From: Myxococcales bacterium
Lineage (GTDB): Bacteria > Myxococcota_A > UBA9042 > JABWCM01 > BTVJ01
Length of the DNA stretch: 64,000 nucleotides
Direction of reading: 5' to 3'
Assembly: GCA_045863395.1 (NCBI GenBank)
Contig: BTVJ01000001.1
Span: 66,406 to 130,405, forward strand
Shown here: positions 58,267 to 64,000 of the stretch, in pieces
How the letters are laid out: each line of letters opens with the position of its first letter
Numbering within the stretch: the stretch's first letter is position 1
The notes under the pieces: model-generated
Databases searched by the model: none
What the model was told of the DNA's origin: nothing
Seen by the model: only the letters and a program-made list of their open reading frames with translations
Position numbers and translations under genes: made by a program

Positions 58267-58875
58267 ATGGCAAGGAGACTCCCCGAAGATGAGCGCCGCG
58301 CCCAGATCCTGGCGGCCGCGAAGAAGTGCTTCGTGGAGAAGGGCTTCGCCGCAACCCGCATGGACGACGTAGCCACCACTGCCCACCTGTCGAAGGGGGG
58401 GCTCTACTTCCACTTCAAGTCCAAAGAAGAGCTCATGGTCGCCGTGGTCCGCCAGGTGAACGTGACGGTTGAGACCTTCCTCAACGCGGCGCGCGAGTGG
58501 AGAGACCCGATCCCAAAGCAGATCCAGCGCCTGCTGACCCTGTACTTCGGGTACCTGACAATCCATGAGGACGAAGCGCGGCTCAACCAGTGCGTGCTGG
58601 ACGAGGCCCTTCGAAACGAGGTGGTCCGCGACGTATTGCACAGCGGCGAGGACCTGTTCCTCTCGCACCTACGATCCCTGCTGGCGCGCGCCCAGGCCGC
58701 GGGCGAGCTGGGCGCTCACGTGGATCTGGACCTGGCGATCCGCTCCTGCATGATCGTCTTCGAGGGGGTCAAGACCAAGTGGCTTCACTTCAGGGACTGG
58801 CCGTGGACCAAGATCCTAATGCAGACGCAGCGGTTGATCATCGAGAGCATCCTGGAGCTCGAGCTCCCGGACTGA
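58267..58875 (+). CDS. TetR-family transcriptional regulator.
   Basis: N-terminal HTH ILAAAKKCFVEKGFAATRMDDVATTAHLSKGGLYFHFKSKEEL is the TetR_N signature. 202 aa. Confidence 0.8.
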   Translation: MARRLPEDERRAQILAAAKKCFVEKGFAATRMDDVATTAHLSKGGLYFHFKSKEELMVAVVRQVNVTVETFLNAAREWRDPIPKQIQRLLTLYFGYLTIHEDEARLNQCVLDEALRNEVVRDVLHSGEDLFLSHLRSLLARAQAAGELGAHVDLDLAIRSCMIVFEGVKTKWLHFRDWPWTKILMQTQRLIIESILELELPD

Positions 58876-58877
58876 CT

Positions 58878-59423
58878 GTGCCCCTGCCTCGATGTGCGCG
58901 CCGCTTTCTCCGAGCGGCGGTCCCCGCGATCAAGCCACGGTGGGACGACTTCGATCCCCCGGTGGAGGGGCTGCTCATCGACAAGATCGAGAGCGATCTG
59001 AGCCAGTTCTCCCGCCAACATCGCCTCGCCGTCTTCGCCCTGTTCTTCCTGTTCCAGTGGTCGGGCCCCCTGTTCCTGCGCGGCGTCCGCCCGTTCTCGA
59101 TGCTCTCCCCCGAGCAGCGGCATCGCAGACTCCACACCTTCACCGAGAGCCGCTCCCCGCTGCTTCGCAACCTGGCGAAGGCGCTGATCACGCTGGTGAT
59201 CGTCAACTACTACACGCTCCCGGAGGTGCAAGCCTACATCGGAGTGGACCGCCAGGGGTGGCGAGCAGACCGCATCGCGCTTCAGCGACGTCTGCTGTCG
59301 GCGCACCCCCCCGGCCCGGATGCCCCCCGATCACCAGCGCCCCTCGGATCCCGAGGGGTCGTCGCGCCCGAGTCCTACCTGACTCCGGGAGCCTCCGCCC
59401 CGCGAACCTCGGAGGAGCGTTGA
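58878..59423 (+). CDS. Hypothetical protein, possible partner subunit of the downstream GMC oxidoreductase.
   Basis: GTG 58878 lies 2 nt after the TetR stop. Non-junk composition (..IDKIESDLSQFSRQHRLAVFALFFLFQWSGPLFLRG..VIVNYYTLPEVQAYIG..). Its stop overlaps the start of the next gene (TTGA). Start codon uncertain. Confidence 0.4.
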   Translation: MPLPRCARRFLRAAVPAIKPRWDDFDPPVEGLLIDKIESDLSQFSRQHRLAVFALFFLFQWSGPLFLRGVRPFSMLSPEQRHRRLHTFTESRSPLLRNLAKALITLVIVNYYTLPEVQAYIGVDRQGWRADRIALQRRLLSAHPPGPDAPRSPAPLGSRGVVAPESYLTPGASAPRTSEER

Positions 59424-60949
59424 GCGGCATACTCCAGTACGAAGACACTCATGGCGCCGTGCGGCTGGGATGTGACGCCGTGGTCGTCGGCTCGGGGGCT
59501 GGAGGCGCAACCGTCGCCGCAGAGCTCGCGGAGGGGGGCATCTCCGTCATCGTGCTCGAAGAGGGGCCTCTGCTCCGCACCCAGGACTATGGAGAAGACA
59601 CCTCCGGCGTCATCACCCGCATGATGCGCGACGCCGGCGTCACGGCCATCCTGGGTCGCTCGCCGATCCAGTACATCGAGGGTCGGTGTGTGGGCGGCAG
59701 CACCGTGATCAACGGTGGCATGTGCTGGCGGACCCCGGAGCGAATCTTGCGACGCTGGGCCATGGAGCACGGCCTGGTTGACCATACCTCCGAGCGCCTG
59801 GCGCCCATCTTCCAGCATGTGGAGGAGCGCATCAACGCGCGCCTCCAGGACCCGGGCAGCGAGGGAAAGAACAGCGGGGTCTTCAAACGTGGCTGTGACG
59901 CGCTCGGCTACCGGGTCGTCGAGAACCGGCGGTCCCAGGTGCACTGCGTCGGCACAGCCGACTGCGTGACGGGCTGCCCCACCGGCGCCAAGCAGTCCAC
60001 TCTCCAGAGCCACGTCCCGCTGCTCCTGCGCAACGGAGGACAGCTCCTGACGGACGCGCGCGTCGAGCGGATCACCGTCAAGGGCGGCAAAGCGACCGGC
60101 GTCGCGGGGCGCCTCCAGAACCCCGTGACCCGCAAGCTCGACCGCAGCTTCGAGGTGAGCGCGAAGCTGGTCTTCATCGCGGGAGGGGCCATCCAGACGC
60201 CGCTCCTCCTCCAACGCAACAAGATCTGCAACGGCAGCAAGCAGCTCGGGCGCAACTTCACGATCCACCCCAACGTCAAGATGATGGCCCTTTTCGACGA
60301 GGACATCGACGCCAGCTACGGGGCCCACCAGGCCTTCCAGTGCGTGGAGTTCCACGAGGAGGGCATCTTGCTCGCCCCCGGCGGAGTAGCCCCGGCGATC
60401 ACCGCCATGGGCGTCTCGGGCTTCGGCCGCGAGCACATGGCGCTCATGCGCAACTACCGCAAGCTGGCCACCGGCGGCATCCTGGTCGACGACCATGCCT
60501 CCGGCTCGGTGCGGGCACTCCCCGGAGGGCTCCCTCTGGTCCGCTACGACGTCACCGACGTAGACCAGCAGAAGTTTCTGCGGGCCGCCGCGCTGTGGAG
60601 CGAGGTGTACTTCGCCGCGGGGGCCAAGGCCATCCTGCCCGCCTTTCACGGGATCGGGGTGCTGCGATCCATGGACGACGTGCGAGAGCGCCTGTTCCGG
60701 CGCCCGCCCCGCGTCGAGGATACGGAGTACTTCACGGCCCACCTCATGGGCACGTGCCGCATGGACGCCGACCCGCGCTTCGGCGTCGTCGACCCCAATG
60801 GGGAGAGCCACGACGTGCCGCGCCTCTTCGTCACGGACGCGAGCGTGCTCCCGACGCCCATCGGCGTGAACCCGCAGGAGACGATCATGGCGCTGGCGAC
60901 GCGCACCGCCTGGCACGTGCTGCAGAACCGCAGCCGCTACTTCTCTTGA
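59420..60949 (+). CDS. GMC-family FAD-dependent oxidoreductase.
   Basis: TTG 59420 with GGAGG 4-5 nt upstream. N-terminal FAD fold CDAVVVGSGAGGATVAAELAEGG..VIVLEEG. C-terminal GMC signature HLMGTCRMDADPRFGVVDPNGESHDVPRLFVTDASVLP. ORF-track entry 58892.. has a 176-aa Arg/Pro junk extension. Confidence 0.8.
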   Translation: MSGILQYEDTHGAVRLGCDAVVVGSGAGGATVAAELAEGGISVIVLEEGPLLRTQDYGEDTSGVITRMMRDAGVTAILGRSPIQYIEGRCVGGSTVINGGMCWRTPERILRRWAMEHGLVDHTSERLAPIFQHVEERINARLQDPGSEGKNSGVFKRGCDALGYRVVENRRSQVHCVGTADCVTGCPTGAKQSTLQSHVPLLLRNGGQLLTDARVERITVKGGKATGVAGRLQNPVTRKLDRSFEVSAKLVFIAGGAIQTPLLLQRNKICNGSKQLGRNFTIHPNVKMMALFDEDIDASYGAHQAFQCVEFHEEGILLAPGGVAPAITAMGVSGFGREHMALMRNYRKLATGGILVDDHASGSVRALPGGLPLVRYDVTDVDQQKFLRAAALWSEVYFAAGAKAILPAFHGIGVLRSMDDVRERLFRRPPRVEDTEYFTAHLMGTCRMDADPRFGVVDPNGESHDVPRLFVTDASVLPTPIGVNPQETIMALATRTAWHVLQNRSRYFS

Positions 60950-61233
60950 GAGGGCCTCAGGTGATCGAGCCCGCGCTGCCGATCCATGGCGGCGAGCTCG
61001 GTGAACCCGCCGATGAGGTCCATCTGTGCGGGATCCTCACCCGCGAGGATGACGGGGACGGTGCGCCAGTGGTACTTGCGAACGAGCTCCATGCGCGCGT
61101 CGTGATCGTCGCTGATGTCGAGCTCGACGAAGGGGACGCCGCGCTCGGTCAGCAGGCGCTTGGCGGCCCGGCAGTAGCCGCAGGTGCGAGTGACGTAGAC
61201 GTGGACCATCGGACGCGCTGGTGATTGGACCAT
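60937..61233 (-). CDS. Glutaredoxin.
   Basis: ATG 61233 with AGGAG 5 nt upstream. Motif VHVYVTRTCGYCRAAKRLL..TVPVILAGEDPAQMDLIGGF (CxxC active site and the TVP..IGG glutathione-site motifs). Confidence 0.75.
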   Translation of the reverse strand: MVQSPARPMVHVYVTRTCGYCRAAKRLLTERGVPFVELDISDDHDARMELVRKYHWRTVPVILAGEDPAQMDLIGGFTELAAMDRQRGLDHLRPSQEK

Positions 61234-61294
61234 GGGCTCCTTCCGTGAGACAGAGGGGCGGCAGGATAGCGGCGCTCCGGAGGTCAGGCAAGCC

Positions 61295-62020
61295 GTGCGC
61301 TTCCCGGATCCCCTGGTGCGAGGGCGCCTGGTGCGACGATACAAGCGCTTCCTTGCTGACATCGAGCTGGACGACGGGCGCGCCGTGACGGCCCACTGCG
61401 TCAACACCGGCAGCATGGCTGGGTGTGCCCCCACCGGCGCACCAGTGTGGGTCTCGCCAGCGAGGAATACGGCCCGCAAGCTCCCCTGGACCTGGGAGAT
61501 CGTCGATGTGGGGACCTCCCTCGTCGGCGTCCACACGGCCCGGGCAAACGACCTCGCCGAGCTGGCGGTCCGCACGGGGCAGATCCCGGGCCTCTCGGGT
61601 TACACGACAGTGCGACGAGAGATGCGCTACGGGGAGTCGAGCCGCTGTGACCTCTGCTTGCTCGACGACACACGCCCGCCGTGTTGGGTGGAGGTCAAGA
61701 ACGTCACCCTCGTCGAAGGGCGCACCGCGCTGTTTCCCGACGCCGTGACCGCGCGCGGCACCCGCCACCTCGGCGAGCTCACTGCGCAGGTGGCTGCCGG
61801 CTGCCGAGCCGCGATGCTCTACGTCGTCCAGCGGACGGACGCGGAGGCCGTCGCGCCGGCGGACCGGGTGGACCCCGCCTATGGCCACGCGCTGAGGAGC
61901 GCGGCGGCTGGCGGTGTCGAGCTGTACGCCATCCAGGTTCGCCCGACACCCGAGGGTCTGGTCATCGAGCGGTGTCTTCCCGTGACAACTCCGCTGTTGA
62001 AACATGGGACCGATGCGTGA
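61295..62020 (+). CDS. sfsA: SfsA family protein (sugar fermentation stimulation protein A homologue).
   Basis: Matches E. coli SfsA blocks: RYKRFLADI, HCxNTGSMxGC, PVWxS, RKLPWTWE, SGY..VRRE..YG, CWVEVKNVTL, FPDAVTxRGxxHL. Start GTG 61295 (GGAGG 11 nt upstream) gives an E. coli-like length. ATG 61232 would overlap the divergent glutaredoxin start. Confidence 0.8.
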   Translation: MRFPDPLVRGRLVRRYKRFLADIELDDGRAVTAHCVNTGSMAGCAPTGAPVWVSPARNTARKLPWTWEIVDVGTSLVGVHTARANDLAELAVRTGQIPGLSGYTTVRREMRYGESSRCDLCLLDDTRPPCWVEVKNVTLVEGRTALFPDAVTARGTRHLGELTAQVAAGCRAAMLYVVQRTDAEAVAPADRVDPAYGHALRSAAAGGVELYAIQVRPTPEGLVIERCLPVTTPLLKHGTDA

Positions 62021-63197
62021 GATAGATCAGGCGATTCAGGGGGCTCCTGACATCAGAAGGCCGCCCAGTTGGGCGACAGGTGAAAAATTGACGAACTCGA
62101 CCAGGATTGCCACGCCAGATTCCCTGACCCGACTCACTGCCGCGGCAGTCGACGCCTTCGAGGCGCGTCGCAACGCTCTGCTTGCGGACGCCGCGCGGCG
62201 GATGATGGAGCGGGACGACATCGCCGCCCTCTCTGGCGACGCTCCAGCCCGCGCCCTGCTCGACAGCCACCGTCAACACGCCGCACTGCTGCGAAGCACG
62301 CTGGCCGGCGGGGACGCGGATCTGCTGGCGCGCGTGCTGCCCTGGGCCTACAGGGCGCTGCACGCCAAGGGGCTGTCCTATGACTTCCTCGGGGAGCAGC
62401 TCGCATGCTGGCAGCAGACGGTCCAGCAACAGATGGTCGCGGAGCACGCGGCGCCAATCCTCTCGCTGTACACCTGGCTGCGCGCCATCCACCCCCAGGT
62501 GGCGGCCGCCGCCGAGAAGCTGCCAGCGCCACGCCGGTCAGACTCCACGACGGACGGGGCGCGCGCCAAGCTCTTCGCCGGGCTGCTGGAGGGGCGCGCC
62601 GACCGCTGTCTGGCCGTGGGTGAGCAGTTCACCGCCACCGCCGCGGACCTGACCACGTTTCTGACCCATGTGGTTCAGCCGACCATCGTCGACGTAGGGA
62701 AGCTCGCCGAGCACGGTCAGCTCACCGCCGCGCGTGAGAGACGCGCGGCGAACATCCTGTCCCAGACCCTCTCGGTCCTCTATACGCGCGTGGTCGTGCC
62801 CGACGGCCGCGTGGGCCTCGCCATCGTGGCAACCGCGGTGCGCGACGCGCGTGATCGGCCCGACTGGATGATGGCGACGTTCCTCGAGGCCGACGGCTGG
62901 CGGGTCACGTGTGTCGATGGCGGCTCGCCGGCAGACACTCTCAGCATGACGGTGCGGGACCTCCGCCCGCACCTGCTGACCATCCCGATGACCGGACCCC
63001 ACGAGGTGGCTGCCGTCGCGAAGGCCATCAAATCCGTGCGCTCCCACAACAAGGCGCGCGCTCCTCAGATCCTGGTCGGCGGCATGGGCATGCACGTGCC
63101 TCAGGGCGATCTGGACAGCCTGGGCGCCGACGCCATCTCGACGGACTACCAGGACGCCGTCCTGACCGCTCGCCGCCTGCTGAATATCGCCGCCTGA
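62004..63197 (+). CDS. B12-binding-domain-like protein (helical B12-binding_2-like N-terminus plus Rossmann-like C-domain) lacking a DNA-binding domain. Canonical DxHxxG is absent.
   Basis: C-terminal pattern GLAIVATAVRDARDRPDWMMATFLEADGWRVTCVDGGSP..ILVGGMGM fits the B12-binding fold by eye. The His-on motif position reads DRPDW. Start is ATG 62004 or 62013. Confidence 0.5.
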   Translation: MGPMREIDQAIQGAPDIRRPPSWATGEKLTNSTRIATPDSLTRLTAAAVDAFEARRNALLADAARRMMERDDIAALSGDAPARALLDSHRQHAALLRSTLAGGDADLLARVLPWAYRALHAKGLSYDFLGEQLACWQQTVQQQMVAEHAAPILSLYTWLRAIHPQVAAAAEKLPAPRRSDSTTDGARAKLFAGLLEGRADRCLAVGEQFTATAADLTTFLTHVVQPTIVDVGKLAEHGQLTAARERRAANILSQTLSVLYTRVVVPDGRVGLAIVATAVRDARDRPDWMMATFLEADGWRVTCVDGGSPADTLSMTVRDLRPHLLTIPMTGPHEVAAVAKAIKSVRSHNKARAPQILVGGMGMHVPQGDLDSLGADAISTDYQDAVLTARRLLNIAA

Positions 63198-63223
63198 TCC
63201 CCCGGCCGAGGGGCCGGCGGTCG

Positions 63224-64000
63224 TCACGCCCTCTCTGAGAAGTGCGCCTCCAGGACCGCCCGCGCCGTCTCGACGCCGTCGATCGCGCTGGACACGATGC
63301 CGCCCGCCCAGCCCGCCCCCTCGCCGGTCGGGTAGAGGCCCGGCAAGGACGTCGACTGGCGGTCCGGACCACGCAGGATCCGCACGGGCGTCGATGTCGT
63401 GGTCTCGACTCCCACCAGCACTGCCTCGTTGGTCAGGAACCCGCGCAGCGAGCGGTCGAGCTGGCGGGCGCCCGCGCGCAGTGCCTCGACGACGGGCCCG
63501 GGCAGCGTCCCGCCGAGGTCCGCCGGAGTCAGCCCGGGCCGATAGCTCACACGCCGCGGCAGGTCGGCGCTCGGCCGCCCCGCCACGAAGTCGGCCAGTC
63601 GCTGTGCGGGCGCCCGGTAGCCCCCCCCTCCGAGGCGGTACGCCCGCGCCTCCCACTCGCGCTGGAACGCGATGCCTGCCAAGGCCCCGTGGGCTGCCAG
63701 ATCCCCGGGAGCCTCAATCCAGAAGTCCGCAGGCTCCACGGTGACCACCAGCGCCGCGTTGGCCCAGGGGGAGCCCCGGTTCGAGTTGCTCATGCCGTTG
63801 ACGTTCAGGTGATCGAGCTCGGTGGGGGTCGGGATGATGTAGCCGCCCGGGCACATGCAGAAGCTGTAGACGCCGCGGTCGCCGACCCGGCACGACAGGA
63901 AGTACTCCGCGGCCTCGACCCCGGGGGCGCGCCGCACTGGGCCGAGCTGCACCTCGTCGATGAGCGCCTGGGGGTGCTCGACCCGGGCGCCGATGGCGAA
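63224..64000 (-). CDS. FAD-dependent protein (COG2509-like uncharacterised dehydrogenase). Partial: the N-terminus lies beyond the right edge.
   Basis: C-terminal signature GLYPTGEGAGWAGGIVSSAIDGVETARAVL. The frame stays open through 64000 (..FAIGARVEHPQALIDEVQLGP..). Confidence 0.65.
   Translation of the reverse strand, partial: FAIGARVEHPQALIDEVQLGPVRRAPGVEAAEYFLSCRVGDRGVYSFCMCPGGYIIPTPTELDHLNVNGMSNSNRGSPWANAALVVTVEPADFWIEAPGDLAAHGALAGIAFQREWEARAYRLGGGGYRAPAQRLADFVAGRPSADLPRRVSYRPGLTPADLGGTLPGPVVEALRAGARQLDRSLRGFLTNEAVLVGVETTTSTPVRILRGPDRQSTSLPGLYPTGEGAGWAGGIVSSAIDGVETARAVLEAHFSERA

Noticed and set aside
58892-59419. N-terminal 176 codons of ORF 58892..60949
   Set aside because: Pro/Arg/Ser junk overlapping a plausible frame-0 gene. 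The GMC FAD-binding motif starts ~15 aa after TTG 59420, which has an adjacent GGAGG.

Overview
High-GC (~70%) chromosomal segment whose content points to a myxobacterium. The evidence is abundant lipobox-type signal peptides and Myxococcus-type cysteine-rich repeat proteins (CxDDGNPCTxDxC and CGDGxxDxGEECDDGN motifs). I support about 39 protein-coding genes. I could not find any rRNA or tRNA gene, CRISPR array, integrase or transposase by eye. Most long six-frame ORFs are Arg/Pro-rich shadow ORFs in the wrong frame or strand of real genes, as expected at this GC content. I rejected them using amino-acid composition, signal peptides, RBS spacing and recognisable motifs.

Highlights:
- A roughly 21-kb minus-strand operon (24720..45815) encodes four giant secreted Cys-rich repeat lipoproteins of 1190, 660, 2839 and 1259 aa, plus a 218-aa stand-alone lipoprotein. 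All five share a ~160-aa C-terminal domain I do not recognise. Three also share an N-terminal Ig-like domain. The 2839-aa protein carries an N-terminal dockerin-like pair of Ca-binding loops and about 70 tandem 36-aa Cys repeats. Adjacent genes are translationally coupled through ATGA/TGATG overlaps, and a secreted esterase follows.
- A DAB-type inorganic-carbon pump module: DabA (DUF2309, Cys/Asp/His/Cys zinc site conserved), a NuoL-like subunit and an extra NuoM/N-like subunit, with a small c-type cytochrome downstream.
- A 1774-aa tandem-duplicated UvrA-like protein (four ABC ATPase domains in one chain), preceded by a rhodanese / MauE-DoxX / Trm112-like trio.
- A multi-Kazal (5 or more domains) lipoprotein.
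- A membrane-anchored coiled-coil protein containing perfect 24-bp x ~13 and 15-bp x ~14 in-frame tandem DNA repeats.
- A TetR-family regulator gene with a palindromic operator inside its promoter, followed by a hypothetical protein and a GMC oxidoreductase coupled by a TTGA overlap.
- Housekeeping genes: infC (non-AUG start), an sfsA homologue, a glutaredoxin, a HemJ-like protein and a DUF1343/NamZ-like protein.

All functional calls are from motif recognition by eye. No database search was run.
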